64,000 nucleotides of DNA. Source: a virus. The notes under the pieces were generated by a model. It saw only the letters and a list, made by a program, of their open reading frames with translations, was not told where the DNA came from and did no database searches. Positions within the stretch are counted from its first letter, which is position 1, and the number at the start of each line of letters is the position of its first letter. The position numbers were made by a program, and so were the translations under genes. Shown piece after piece: positions 18,652 through 29,528 of the stretch. The DNA lies in the IMG/VR virus record IMGVR_UViG_3300025597_000012; one strand, written 5' to 3'.

Positions 18652-19925
18652 TACGGATTCTTTTTAAATCGTGGAGAATAGAAGTTTTGTTTTTGTGTGT
18701 ATTGTATATCACCTGAACTAGGGTCAATATAATAAGGCAAATTTAATTTTTCATCCCAAAATAACTCATTTACTTGTTGAGGAACATAAGGAGAAACTAA
18801 AGACTTAGGAATAGGACTATAATCAGGAGATAATTTATTTCCATTTATATCTACATAATCAGGTACTCTATTACCAACGGTAGCATTTTCTCCCATTATT
18901 AAATTTCTTTCTACTGCAAATTTTTTAGCCTGCTTATTAGCTTCTGCTATTTGTTCTTTTGTATATCCACCAACTTGCATCTTATGTTCCTTTACAACTC
19001 CATACATAGCTACAGTATGATTAGGGCCATGTAATACAGCGGTCTTTCCTCTTTGGTCTGTTACCTTTATAGGTCTTCCAGAATCTAATCCGCGTATAAG
19101 ATTATACTGCGGTGGTAAATCAAGCGTCATACTTTGTAAAGAACTACCGTTCAATCCATTAGCTAGTTCTGTAGGTGTGCTTGCTACTCCACCCATTTGT
19201 CTTTTAGCGGGTTCTATATGCCAGTGAGGGCCAACTCCTTTTACATTTCTTTCATCAATTATTTCATAACCTTGACTTTGCATATATGCTCTTCCTTCAG
19301 GAGAAGCAAAAAAAGCATCTGTCTTAGGCTCTGTTCTAATATCGGCAGCTCTACCAGTTAAGTGAAACGAGTTCTTTGCAGAACCAGTTATCTTACTATT
19401 TTCTTGAGGTGTTCTAAGTCCACTTGTTACTGTAAAATTTCCTATTTTTGATTTAATCCCTGATAATACTCCAGTTAATTGATTAGATAATCCTTGTGAG
19501 CTAACTCCTTGTTTAAAAGATATTCCTTCTGCGCTTGGTGTTCTAGACACATTTGTATTAGGAGTTGAAGCAGGAGTTCCACTAACTTCCTCATCACTAA
19601 AAGTTATAGGCATATTATCATCATCCTGAAAAATAAAATTTAGGAAGGGGTCATTAAAATCCTTACCTATAGTTTGATTTCTTTGTAAACTTTCAAGTTG
19701 GCTAGCAAGGTCATTATATTTACCTAAAAGCTCCTGATAATTATCATCTCCAATATCTGAAGACGTTGTTTCGGCAGCCTCTTCGGTATTATTATCTTCA
19801 CTCTCTTGTTCGTCCTGTTGTGGTTGCTGTTGATTAGCTTGTAAATAACTAGCTACCTGATTAAAAAAATCAGTACTATATAAATCATTTTGACCACCAA
19901 CTTGATATTTAGATTTCTTTCTCAT
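18651..19925 (-). CDS. Virion-associated peptidoglycan peptidase, M15A-like
   Basis: The segment SGLRTPQENSKITGSAKNSFHLTGRAADI...GPHWHIE fits the M15 zinc-ligand pattern HxxxxxxD...H. Located among virion genes. Confidence 0.55.
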   Translation of the reverse strand: MRKKSKYQVGGQNDLYSTDFFNQVASYLQANQQQPQQDEQESEDNNTEEAAETTSSDIGDDNYQELLGKYNDLASQLESLQRNQTIGKDFNDPFLNFIFQDDDNMPITFSDEEVSGTPASTPNTNVSRTPSAEGISFKQGVSSQGLSNQLTGVLSGIKSKIGNFTVTSGLRTPQENSKITGSAKNSFHLTGRAADIRTEPKTDAFFASPEGRAYMQSQGYEIIDERNVKGVGPHWHIEPAKRQMGGVASTPTELANGLNGSSLQSMTLDLPPQYNLIRGLDSGRPIKVTDQRGKTAVLHGPNHTVAMYGVVKEHKMQVGGYTKEQIAEANKQAKKFAVERNLIMGENATVGNRVPDYVDINGNKLSPDYSPIPKSLVSPYVPQQVNELFWDEKLNLPYYIDPSSGDIQYTQKQNFYSPRFKKNP

Positions 19926-22900
19926 TAACTATCCCTTTTAGTTTGGTTCTCTTGTCCAAAATTAAATATAAATTTATAGTTTGAATATTTATCGTTCTCT
20001 AATCTAATTCTAGTTTGTCGTCCAGCAATAGGCTGTTTGTAAACATCTGATTTATAATAGTTAAGAGAAGACGTATTAAGTACTTTGTTTACATTAGAAC
20101 ATTCATTTTTAATAAATGGTACATTATTTGTTTGTGATTTTACAGTATCAAAGAACTGATTAAATCTCCATTTATTATCTCTGTTTGTAACAAGTATCTT
20201 AATTTTGTTATTCTCTACTTTAGGATATTGTATACTAGCAAATAAGTCTTCCTCATTTTTAACTATAAGTTCAAGAGGGCCGCTACATTGTCTATCATTG
20301 TAAATCAATGCTTTATTAAATGTTATGTTTCTTAGATATACAGTATCATATAAATTATGGTATCTAATAACATCACAATCATATTGTACTGAATTTAAAA
20401 CTCCATTTAAAAGCATAGGTTCTGATAACAACTCTATGATAAACGGATATATTTTACCATAGTAAACTTGATAAGATTTATTAGTAAGATTATGTGACCA
20501 AAGAGAACTATGAGTTAAATTATGTTCAAGGTCATTTATACCAGACTGAGTATATTCTACATCATCCACATAAAAGTTAGGTATGAATGAATGGAAAGAT
20601 ACCCATGTCTTAGTCATAAAATTATACGAAGCAGTCCATGATTTATTACAGAAATACTTAGTATTTGTAACTCTAACTACTTGATTATCGTGTATAAATT
20701 CTTTTTGAACTGGGTCATAGATTACGCCTGCATGTATCCTTTTATAGTCAAGTTTAGTTATAAAGAATCTATTAAATCTTTTATCAAAAGAGAAGTGAAG
20801 GCCGATTCCTTTAAAGTTATTATCAATATCTTTCAAGTCAATAGCTGGAAAGTCTTTAATAATCTGGAACGGAAGATTTTCTTTAAACCAGTTTTTCATA
20901 CCTGAAGCACAAAGTTCGTCAAGACTATCTGCATTTGCTCCCATATTGAAAATCTGCCCTCTCTTAGCATCAGCCCAGATATGACCAAATTCAGTATTTA
21001 ATATATCAGAATGCTGAGAACCAGCGTATCCAAGATTTGTAGCACTAAACTGTTTAGGACGAGAAGTGAATAAGCCACCATTACTGATAGCTACCTCTTT
21101 TGCATCTAGCTTTAAGGTATCATAAGAATTAAATATCTGGGATGTATTCTCAAATCTAGCAAGTATTCTATTATTCTCAATACCATCAAGTCCAATGATT
21201 CTACCTAAAGAAGCAGGTGCATCATATAGGTCGTTTGCTTTGAACACCAACCAATTATCATAAGAGTTATCATTATAAGATTCCTGAGAATTAATAATTC
21301 TATAAGGATATACTGTCTTGCAATCTTCCACTTTTATAAAAGGTTGAGTTCCGATTACACTTTCTTTATTTTGTTTAGAATATGTTTTATTATAAAAGAA
21401 GTAATTATCTTCTGTTATAGGTACATTTTTCTCTTGAAACCAGAAATTCAAATCTTGCTGGTGAGGGTAGAAGTCTTTTTCCTTAGCGTTTTCACCGTGT
21501 CTGAAATCACAGTTGACATCAGATTCTGAAAGGAAATAAGGTATTCCGTAATTATATACGTGTATGAATCCACTTTGGTTGAATAATTTTTGTTTCTTTG
21601 CATCCAGTCTTGTATTAGCAACACCGATTAAATCTGCAAAGGATGCAAGTAATTTTGTTATATCGAATGTATTTCCCGATAGTCTATCTAATAGAGGTTC
21701 AGGAGTGTTAAAATAATAGTTAGGATAACCTACATTACCTAAATCACTATATCTTACATCAGCTTCATTGTTAAATCTGAATCTTGTTTGTAAGAAGAAA
21801 GGCATCTTTCTTTTTAAGGCAAATCTAGTTATAAAGGTATCTCCACCATATAATCCATCTTGAGATGTTGTATATGTTTTACTTAAATCAAAAGTACAAC
21901 TATTTGTTTCAAGATAAGCAATATCAGTTATAGCACCGTATTGGTCAGGTACAAAATTCTTAAGTGAAGCATAATAAGAAGATATATCTTTATATACTCT
22001 TTTATTTAAATCATCTTGTTTAAGACCTTCACTATCTAAAGTTATTCTACTTGTATCTTGAGTTATTGTAGAAGGGAATCCTATTTTAGCATTATCAAGT
22101 TTAAGATATACTGAACGCTCTCTATTCCAATTATTTACATATACATTAGTATATTGATTAGCTGTTGTATTTACAGCTTCATTTACTAATTGTATAATAG
22201 GCTCAAGATAAGCACTTCTTTCAATCTTTCTTATTTTGTTACCTGTAGAATTATTTACTAGTCTAAAATTATTATACTTACCAATAGAGTTATACTGAAT
22301 AGCAAAGTTTTTTAAAGAGATAATTGATTTGAATAAATCATTCATTATATCAATTTCCTTTAAGCTCATTACAGCTAAATAAGGTAACTGTTGGAAGAAA
22401 GCACCAGCAGGATTACCAGAAGCAAGATTTAATAATTGGAATGTTTTACCATGACAAGTATTTCTTTGTACTTCTGCTACTTGTAAACTAAGAGGGTCAA
22501 GAACACTTACAGGAAGTACAGGTAATCCTGTAAAATCTTCATATTTCATTACTCCACCGGGGTCAAGAACACTTATTGGTGCATATTGAACTCCTGGAAT
22601 TGCAGGAGCTGTAGTACCTGTACCAGCAACTAAATCAATAGCTTGTGTACTTCTTGATACAATAGTTTTACACTCTTTCTCTTTTTCAGCAGAGAAAGCA
22701 GCAGCTATACCAGCAGCAAAACTTACTAAAGTTGCAGCAGTAGATAAGAACTTATATTTAGCTTGTTCTTCAGCTTCATTGAAGTATCCTTCAGATTTAC
22801 CATATTCTTCAGTCTCAAGTTTAATCTCAGTTCCTATAAAAGGATTATTAAAATGAGTATCAGGAGAATGGAAAGTATATCTTTTAGAAGGAGCAAATGT

Positions 22901-24883
22901 ATTAGGTTTAGGACTTGAGTTATTACCAAAAGTATAAGTATTTGGATTATTACTTATAAGGTTATCAGGTCTTAAATCGTTATAAGGATAATTGGGATAA
23001 TAATATGTATTACCATGCTTGTCATACTTCCACATATCATAGAGCAATCCTTTGGCAACAATAGATTTATTACCTACACGATTACCTCTTACAATACGAT
23101 ATTCTGTTATTTCATCTCTTTCTTCTTGAGTTATAATACCATCTATAACTGCTTGAGTAAGAGCTGCTTTTACAGAATTATGGTCAACTCTAAGACCAAT
23201 AGGATATATAATATTAAGGTCAAAGTAAGACTTAGCACCATTTAACCCATCGTGAATATGTGTTACACGACTGTCTGGGAATTTGTGGTGTCTAATAGGT
23301 TTACCACAAAGGTCACCCCATACTTCAGGGTCATTAGGATATGTTCTGGTTGATTCCCAGTATGAGAATTCACCATACTCCCAAGTACCATCAGATTCAC
23401 AATTAGGAATACTTTCGTGTGGTGTTCCTATAACTGTAGCTGTATTGTATACTTGCCAAAGTTTATTTCTTGTAAGACCACTACAAGTAGTATCTTCTAA
23501 TACATCATTATTAGATACAGTAGCATCTACGTTAATACCATAAGTATTAAGAAATCTCGCTTTACTAGGGCCGGGAATATGGAAAGGCCCAAGTTCTTCA
23601 CCTGTGCCTTTTACAAAAATAATAGCAAAAGGATATACCTCATCTCTTTGGTATCCTCTGAATAAAAATGAATATTTAGGGTCTTTATATATAGTTTCTG
23701 GTACAGCAATAGTCTTCCAGTAAAGAGATACATTATTAGCTACTCTTTGTAGATTAGGTTTACTGAACTCCTCTAAGTCACTGAAAAACAGAATGTTATT
23801 GGAATCAGCAATACCTCCAGCAGTTTTATAAAAAGCACTTTTCGAAAAAACATCTTCAGCAGTAAGGTTTAATAATCCTTGCTCATTACCCGAATAAGTA
23901 ATAAATTTTTGTACAGTCGGGAAAGTTCCTACAAGTTTAAATGAAGTAAAATTGTTTATTGTTTCAGCTACTATTAAATTATAATAGTCATATACTTTAG
24001 GTTCATTTAGATTACTGATTACTAATGAAATAGCTTTGTCAGTTCTGTAATCAGTATCTATAGTAATTTCTTTTGAAAAAATAGGTATTGGATTTGTAGC
24101 AGGAAAAGCATCGCTAAAAGCATTTCCTTTAACATCAGAATATTGTATAATAAACTGATAAGTACCTGCCTGTAAACTACCTCCATAAACTACCTCTGCA
24201 AAATCAATACAAGGCTTGCTTATAAGAGGATGGTAGTTTAGCTTATTACAATCAAGCTCATCTGAATATATAGGTTCGTGACAAGCATCGTTAGTATATC
24301 CAATAATCTTCTTAAAATATTGATTTATAACAAGTTGATTTGATGCATTATAATCAAAGTATAAGAATCTTCTCTGGTTTAATTTATCGGTAAAATAGAT
24401 ATTTAAACTACAATCAGTTATTTTATATCTGATTTTTACAGGATAATTTATATTAAAATTTAAACACTTATTGCTAATGATTGTACGATATACACAATAA
24501 GGTTCTTGAGTTGTTTGTTCTAAAGGAGTAGTTTCTTTTTGTGTTACACAATCTATACAACTACCCATAAGTTTATCATCCTTATTATCATCATAGGGAC
24601 ATTCAATAACTTCACCAAATTCAGAATCTCCTGTTATTGTATTTAAAAGAGCATATATTGTTCTATTTTGCTCATGTATTTTTCTTTTACCTATTACTAC
24701 ATAATTTAAAGGAAAATTTATAGCTAAAATATTACTACCTTCATTTTGAATAGACAATAAGTTTCCTTCCTGTGAATTAGATTCTACAGAACCATTTAAC
24801 ATAAAAGGATATGATGTACCATCTAGATTAGATGGAACTATATCCTTTATCATGCCTTTTCTTGGAACACTGTTAGTTATCAT
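19925..24883 (-). CDS. 1652-aa large structural (tail/host-interaction?) protein
   Basis: Uninterrupted long ORF in the structural operon. No motif recognised. Confidence 0.45.
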   Translation of the reverse strand: MITNSVPRKGMIKDIVPSNLDGTSYPFMLNGSVESNSQEGNLLSIQNEGSNILAINFPLNYVVIGKRKIHEQNRTIYALLNTITGDSEFGEVIECPYDDNKDDKLMGSCIDCVTQKETTPLEQTTQEPYCVYRTIISNKCLNFNINYPVKIRYKITDCSLNIYFTDKLNQRRFLYFDYNASNQLVINQYFKKIIGYTNDACHEPIYSDELDCNKLNYHPLISKPCIDFAEVVYGGSLQAGTYQFIIQYSDVKGNAFSDAFPATNPIPIFSKEITIDTDYRTDKAISLVISNLNEPKVYDYYNLIVAETINNFTSFKLVGTFPTVQKFITYSGNEQGLLNLTAEDVFSKSAFYKTAGGIADSNNILFFSDLEEFSKPNLQRVANNVSLYWKTIAVPETIYKDPKYSFLFRGYQRDEVYPFAIIFVKGTGEELGPFHIPGPSKARFLNTYGINVDATVSNNDVLEDTTCSGLTRNKLWQVYNTATVIGTPHESIPNCESDGTWEYGEFSYWESTRTYPNDPEVWGDLCGKPIRHHKFPDSRVTHIHDGLNGAKSYFDLNIIYPIGLRVDHNSVKAALTQAVIDGIITQEERDEITEYRIVRGNRVGNKSIVAKGLLYDMWKYDKHGNTYYYPNYPYNDLRPDNLISNNPNTYTFGNNSSPKPNTFAPSKRYTFHSPDTHFNNPFIGTEIKLETEEYGKSEGYFNEAEEQAKYKFLSTAATLVSFAAGIAAAFSAEKEKECKTIVSRSTQAIDLVAGTGTTAPAIPGVQYAPISVLDPGGVMKYEDFTGLPVLPVSVLDPLSLQVAEVQRNTCHGKTFQLLNLASGNPAGAFFQQLPYLAVMSLKEIDIMNDLFKSIISLKNFAIQYNSIGKYNNFRLVNNSTGNKIRKIERSAYLEPIIQLVNEAVNTTANQYTNVYVNNWNRERSVYLKLDNAKIGFPSTITQDTSRITLDSEGLKQDDLNKRVYKDISSYYASLKNFVPDQYGAITDIAYLETNSCTFDLSKTYTTSQDGLYGGDTFITRFALKRKMPFFLQTRFRFNNEADVRYSDLGNVGYPNYYFNTPEPLLDRLSGNTFDITKLLASFADLIGVANTRLDAKKQKLFNQSGFIHVYNYGIPYFLSESDVNCDFRHGENAKEKDFYPHQQDLNFWFQEKNVPITEDNYFFYNKTYSKQNKESVIGTQPFIKVEDCKTVYPYRIINSQESYNDNSYDNWLVFKANDLYDAPASLGRIIGLDGIENNRILARFENTSQIFNSYDTLKLDAKEVAISNGGLFTSRPKQFSATNLGYAGSQHSDILNTEFGHIWADAKRGQIFNMGANADSLDELCASGMKNWFKENLPFQIIKDFPAIDLKDIDNNFKGIGLHFSFDKRFNRFFITKLDYKRIHAGVIYDPVQKEFIHDNQVVRVTNTKYFCNKSWTASYNFMTKTWVSFHSFIPNFYVDDVEYTQSGINDLEHNLTHSSLWSHNLTNKSYQVYYGKIYPFIIELLSEPMLLNGVLNSVQYDCDVIRYHNLYDTVYLRNITFNKALIYNDRQCSGPLELIVKNEEDLFASIQYPKVENNKIKILVTNRDNKWRFNQFFDTVKSQTNNVPFIKNECSNVNKVLNTSSLNYYKSDVYKQPIAGRQTRIRLENDKYSNYKFIFNFGQENQTKRDS

Positions 24884-24884
24884 A

Positions 24885-25775
24885 TTATACTTGCTGTGCT
24901 ATAACTTTTACTATATTTGAACTTCTTTGTCTTCTTACTGTATTTATCATATTTTGGAAAGAAGGAAGTCTGTTTATAAATTTGGCTTCTGCAAAATACT
25001 TATTATATTCAGCTTCTGCAAGCTGCCAACGATTTTGTAAATCAGGAACTTCCCCATTGATAAACCACTTTAGCATCAACTGGTAGATTATGTACCATTC
25101 TATAGTTTTTTCTACTTCCTTAATATCAGGAATTAAAGGTACACCATTTTCATCTTTAGCAAGTTCATAGTATTTTATATATACACAATCTTTATTAAAA
25201 TTTGTAAGTAAAAAACCATCATCTATAGTAATCTCAAATGGAGAAGTACCTAAGATATTTTGACAGTCATCTGTACACTTATTTCTTTTTACATTAGGGC
25301 TAAGAGAAAGTAATATAGGACTTGTAAAATTCATTATTACATTCTCTTCTTTTACATACTGTCTTACAGTTATTCTTTCAAGTATTTTATTATCTGAATT
25401 TGCAACACAATTAATATCACAATTTTTTCCAGAATCTAATACTTCCCATGTTACATCGTTATATACAGAAATAGGATTTCCTTGTTGATGAACAAAATCT
25501 TTTCCTTCAAAAACAGGAGTTACTTTATATGCAGCATAAAGTATTGAAAAATTTGCAGGTAGAGGAGCTTTAAAATTATTTACATTTAAAACAGCATCAC
25601 TTTCTTTATACACACCTACACCTAAACTTCTTAATACTTCATTTATATAAATAGGAAATTCACCTTCATCAATTAAGTTTGCAGCATTGTATGAAGATAA
25701 AAATCTTTTTACTTTAGAATACATCTCAGATGCACTCTTAAAAACATTATTACTATCAGGATTAATTATAGACAT
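24885..25775 (-). CDS. Hypothetical structural-module protein (296 aa)
   Basis: ORF tightly packed in the operon. Confidence 0.45.
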   Translation of the reverse strand: MSIINPDSNNVFKSASEMYSKVKRFLSSYNAANLIDEGEFPIYINEVLRSLGVGVYKESDAVLNVNNFKAPLPANFSILYAAYKVTPVFEGKDFVHQQGNPISVYNDVTWEVLDSGKNCDINCVANSDNKILERITVRQYVKEENVIMNFTSPILLSLSPNVKRNKCTDDCQNILGTSPFEITIDDGFLLTNFNKDCVYIKYYELAKDENGVPLIPDIKEVEKTIEWYIIYQLMLKWFINGEVPDLQNRWQLAEAEYNKYFAEAKFINRLPSFQNMINTVRRQRSSNIVKVIAQQV

Positions 25776-25777
25776 TA

Positions 25778-26287
25778 TTAGTCTTTTTTGTATATTTTAT
25801 TAAATCTTCTCTCCATTTTCGTTGAACTCCAAAGGTCTGTATTTTCCCAAGTGAAATATTTTTTACCATCTTTAATACTCTTAGCCACACCTCTTTTAAG
25901 TATTCTATAAGGAACAAATTTATAGATATGTTTGTTAGCACAAATCATTCCTATTCTAAACCATTTTATATGATGTACAAAACCAAAAGAATGTAAATTA
26001 AGAAGTGGTATTTTCTTTTGAAACTTTATAGAGTTAATCCAGTCTGTAGGTACTTTTTTAGATTTATATTTTGTAACAATTACATTTCCTAAATTTTCCG
26101 GTAATTTAATTCCTGCCTCTTCCTCTATAACAGAATTTCTCATTATAGTATTGGTAGTTTTTATTATATTACAGAAAGTTTCATAGTCTATATTTATAAA
26201 AGTTTCATCTATAAACTGCTTATAGAGTTTCTTTCCTAATGGATTATGACGATTTCCTACTGTTAATTTTGAACCTTTTGAGGGCAT
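25778..26287 (-). CDS. Hypothetical protein (169 aa, basic)
   Basis: ORF tightly packed in the operon. Confidence 0.4.
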   Translation of the reverse strand: MPSKGSKLTVGNRHNPLGKKLYKQFIDETFINIDYETFCNIIKTTNTIMRNSVIEEEAGIKLPENLGNVIVTKYKSKKVPTDWINSIKFQKKIPLLNLHSFGFVHHIKWFRIGMICANKHIYKFVPYRILKRGVAKSIKDGKKYFTWENTDLWSSTKMERRFNKIYKKD

Positions 26288-26955
26288 TACTTATTACTTT
26301 GGTTTGGATTTGTATCTTCTACTATTGCTTTATAAGTTCTTGCAAACTCGATAATTGTGTCTTTTTTAACAGGGTCTAAAAGATGTTCAGGACATGGAAA
26401 ATATTGGTCTAATGGTTTAGCACAATCAGCTCCTTTTTCTTCATTTAATTTGTCAACTTCTTCTGGTCTCTCAAAAAGTCCTTGTATACTAACTGCCTCT
26501 ACTTCTGAATCAGGTATATAAACATATTGGTCATCTATCCAAAAATACTTTACAGAAGGGTCAATAATTTCTCTATTTTTTATATCTTTATACTCACTAA
26601 AGCTTACCTGCTTATACTCTTTACTTCCATCTATGGTAAATACTTTTACAATGCTTCCGTAATTGCTATCAAAACTCTGTGGTATTCTTTTTGTGGATTT
26701 CATAAAACATTGACAATGAGGTATATCGAATCCACACTCCATAGGGTCATACGACTTCATATGAAGGCATTTGATTCTTTTCCAGATATTCGTTATTTTA
26801 AATAATCTTCTGGAGTCTAAATCTTGTTTTATCATATTACGAGCCTTATCTTTAGCACGGGATAAAACCAGTCTATTACTGATTCTATCATCAATATTCA
26901 TGCTGCGTAGTTGCCCTATAATATCTGATACTAATTGTCTGTTTGTTAATTCCAT
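26287..26955 (-). CDS. Hypothetical protein (222 aa)
   Basis: ORF coupled to its neighbour. Confidence 0.4.
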   Translation of the reverse strand: MELTNRQLVSDIIGQLRSMNIDDRISNRLVLSRAKDKARNMIKQDLDSRRLFKITNIWKRIKCLHMKSYDPMECGFDIPHCQCFMKSTKRIPQSFDSNYGSIVKVFTIDGSKEYKQVSFSEYKDIKNREIIDPSVKYFWIDDQYVYIPDSEVEAVSIQGLFERPEEVDKLNEEKGADCAKPLDQYFPCPEHLLDPVKKDTIIEFARTYKAIVEDTNPNQSNK

Positions 26956-26973
26956 TGAATTTGATTATTCCGG

Positions 26974-27384
26974 TTAGCGGTTATTAATTATATAGCTAAG
27001 TGCTTTTTCTAATGAAACAACAGAATCTTTAAAATAACCAAGTCCAGTATTGCAATTAGAACATAAAAGACCTCTTACTTTACCTGTTGAATGACAATGA
27101 TCTACACTTAATTTATTTTTTAAATGTGTTTGATGAATACCACAAATAGCACAACTACCATTTTGCATAGTAAACATATCATTGTATTCTGCCATTGTAA
27201 TACCGTATTTATGCTTATAAGCATCTTTCCTTTGTCTTTCTTTTTCTTTATTTCTTCTATGTGCTAAATCTTTTTCAAAACAACTATTACATTTATGGAA
27301 GGGCATATTTGTTTCTGGATGCTTATCAAAAAAGTCTGCACTTTTGTACGTCTCACATTTAAAACAATAAAACTTGTCTTCCAT
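26974..27384 (-). CDS. Recombination endonuclease VII-family nuclease
   Basis: SCAICG...LSVDHCHSTGKVRGLLCSNCNTGLG is the characteristic Endo VII zinc/His-Cys block. Confidence 0.7.
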   Translation of the reverse strand: MEDKFYCFKCETYKSADFFDKHPETNMPFHKCNSCFEKDLAHRRNKEKERQRKDAYKHKYGITMAEYNDMFTMQNGSCAICGIHQTHLKNKLSVDHCHSTGKVRGLLCSNCNTGLGYFKDSVVSLEKALSYIINNR

Positions 27385-27484
27385 ATTAATTAAATAAAGT
27401 TATTTTGAATAGAGCTTTTTAGCGGATTCTCCGCTAAGGTACGAAAAATTAGGCACATACAGAAATGAGTAACCATAATTAATT

Positions 27485-27512
27485 AAAAAAGCCCCATCTA
27501 AAAAGATGAGGC
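27485..27512 (-). terminator. Intrinsic terminator after the metallophosphoesterase gene
   Basis: Minus strand reads GCCTCATC-ttttta-GATGGGGC followed by TTTTTT. Confidence 0.6.
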
Positions 27513-27543
27513 TTACCTGCAAAGTCCCTGTCCGAATCGGGGA

Positions 27544-28815
27544 TTATATCGTGTATGTATATTCTGCTATTAGTCCTTCTTCAGGATGGAATAAGAAGGC
27601 TTTTGCTTGCTTAAGGCTAGCATATCCTTTTCCGGCATGCCAAGCATCGGTTCCACTTAAAGATGGCATAATTTGAATCTGGAAGCCCGGATGCGTGTCC
27701 ACAGATACGAAGTTTGTCTTCTTCTGTTTATGGAAGTGTCCAAGTTGACAGAATCTATACTTAGTACCTGCCCATAAAATAGGCTGCTCTGTGGCAAAAA
27801 TAAGCCCTAAATCAAGGTGTTTTTCACGGTCACCGTGTGTAAACTGGAAACCGTTTTTACCGTATTTGTAATACTTTCTAAGTTTAGGGGCATTATTAAC
27901 GGAGACATTAGGATTCTTGGAATACCAAGCATCTAAGATTTCTCCTATAAGGAATGTAACTGTTGTGTCGTGGTTACCCGGAACAATGAGAACATCAACC
28001 GGGGCTATAAGACTAAGTTCATCAATAGTTTCTATAAGAACCCTTTTTACAGTGGTTACTATTTTATGGAAACGTGTGTCTGCGTCTTGGGGTGTACCAG
28101 CAAAAGTCGTATTTACAATATTATCTACGTGTACCAAGTCATTACCTACAGGGAACAAAATCTTGCGTACAAGCTTGAGATTCACTCTTTTAAGTAGTTC
28201 TCTAAGTGCTGTTTTAAATCTTTTCTCAGCTATTTTAAGGTCGTAATCTTCACCTGTTTCATTCTTATGAGCAAGTTTACCAAAGTGAATATCAAATAAG
28301 CTGATTTCAAGGAGAGATTCTCTATCTTGTTCCTGATTATAGTCTATAGCTTCATAGATAGGAGCATGTTTCTTTAACTCACTGATAATCAATTCCTTCT
28401 GTTTACCAAGGTCAGTATCAAGTTTTCTACGCTCAAGTTTAGCTTTTACTTGGAATAAAGGTTCTACTGTAATAGTTCCATCATCAAGTTTTGCACCAAC
28501 CTCCCATTTGTTACATTCCCATCTTACTATATTCCACTCTTCAGTATCAATATTACATACTCTGATAAGGTCTTCAAGAGTAACAATTCTTTCTTTTACA
28601 AGACTTGTTATTTCAGTAATATCACCTTTAGCTACAAATTGTGATTTTGTTGCTTCATTTTCTACTAAGCCACTTTCTCTGAGTCTTCTATAAATTCTTC
28701 TAATAGTCTCAGTAGGCACTCCAAAATGATTAGCTGCTTTTGCATAGCAGTTGTTTTTTGAACGGTCTACAGGATTTTTTAAAAGATATTCTTTTATTTC
28801 TCTATTTTTTATCAT
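27544..28815 (-). CDS. HTH + calcineurin-like metallophosphoesterase
   Basis: The N-terminus is HTH-like (AANHFGVPTETIRRIYRRL). Phosphoesterase motifs GNDLVHVDN, VPGNHD and GHFH are present. Confidence 0.55.
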   Translation of the reverse strand: MIKNREIKEYLLKNPVDRSKNNCYAKAANHFGVPTETIRRIYRRLRESGLVENEATKSQFVAKGDITEITSLVKERIVTLEDLIRVCNIDTEEWNIVRWECNKWEVGAKLDDGTITVEPLFQVKAKLERRKLDTDLGKQKELIISELKKHAPIYEAIDYNQEQDRESLLEISLFDIHFGKLAHKNETGEDYDLKIAEKRFKTALRELLKRVNLKLVRKILFPVGNDLVHVDNIVNTTFAGTPQDADTRFHKIVTTVKRVLIETIDELSLIAPVDVLIVPGNHDTTVTFLIGEILDAWYSKNPNVSVNNAPKLRKYYKYGKNGFQFTHGDREKHLDLGLIFATEQPILWAGTKYRFCQLGHFHKQKKTNFVSVDTHPGFQIQIMPSLSGTDAWHAGKGYASLKQAKAFLFHPEEGLIAEYTYTI

Positions 28816-29213
28816 AAGTTTTTATTTAAAATTACCCAAATAATAGTAGCTATTACAAAGAAAATACTCTTTTTAAAAGCACCATGCTTTCCAAATATTT
28901 TAATAAATATCTTATCAAACAAAGCTGTACTTCCTAAGTAAGTTACTGACAAGCCTGCCCACTTATTAAAAGCAATATCAAAAACTGCTAATCTAATAAG
29001 TAATGATGTTATTGGTACCTGCCAATATTGATGTGAATAATAAGCAAGTACTCCTGTAAATAAAGCGGCTAGTGCTACACCATCTCTATGCCATCTTTTA
29101 ATCCTCTTAAAATCAAGAGCATCAGCCGTATTTTTATCTTTGAGAAGAAAAGATGTTGCGTCTTTTCCTGCTAAAAATAAAGTAAAAATTAAAAGTAATA
29201 AGCCTTCTGTCAT
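28812..29213 (-). CDS. Multi-pass membrane protein
   Basis: Several hydrophobic segments. 4-nt overlap with its neighbour. Confidence 0.4.
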   Translation of the reverse strand: MTEGLLLLIFTLFLAGKDATSFLLKDKNTADALDFKRIKRWHRDGVALAALFTGVLAYYSHQYWQVPITSLLIRLAVFDIAFNKWAGLSVTYLGSTALFDKIFIKIFGKHGAFKKSIFFVIATIIWVILNKNL

Positions 29214-29473
29214 TATGCTTTGTAATAATCAATAGCTATTGCTATAAGAGAAACTATCCATAGAACGATTGCTACATAAGCTAATTTTGTTGTATCAAGT
29301 TTCCAAAAGGAAATATTCTCTTTGGATTCATGTACACCAAGAACATCGTTAGTATAAGAACCAGATTTTGAAGCTTTAAAAGACTGATATAAAAATATAC
29401 CAGTTATTAATGCAAAAACAGCAGATACACCTAAAGTGAGTCCACCAGTTTTAAAAAGATTAAGTAATGTCAT
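29213..29473 (-). CDS. Small two-TM membrane protein
   Basis: Two hydrophobic helices in 86 aa. Confidence 0.4.
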   Translation of the reverse strand: MTLLNLFKTGGLTLGVSAVFALITGIFLYQSFKASKSGSYTNDVLGVHESKENISFWKLDTTKLAYVAIVLWIVSLIAIAIDYYKA

Positions 29474-29490
29474 ATTTTGAGTTTTAAATT

Positions 29491-29520
29491 AAAAAAGAAA
29501 AGGGTAGGGAAACCCTACCC
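29491..29520 (-). terminator. Intrinsic terminator
   Basis: Perfect 8-bp stem GGGTAGGG-ttt-CCCTACCC followed by TTTTCTTTTTT on the minus strand. Confidence 0.7.
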
Positions 29521-29528
29521 TTAATCAC

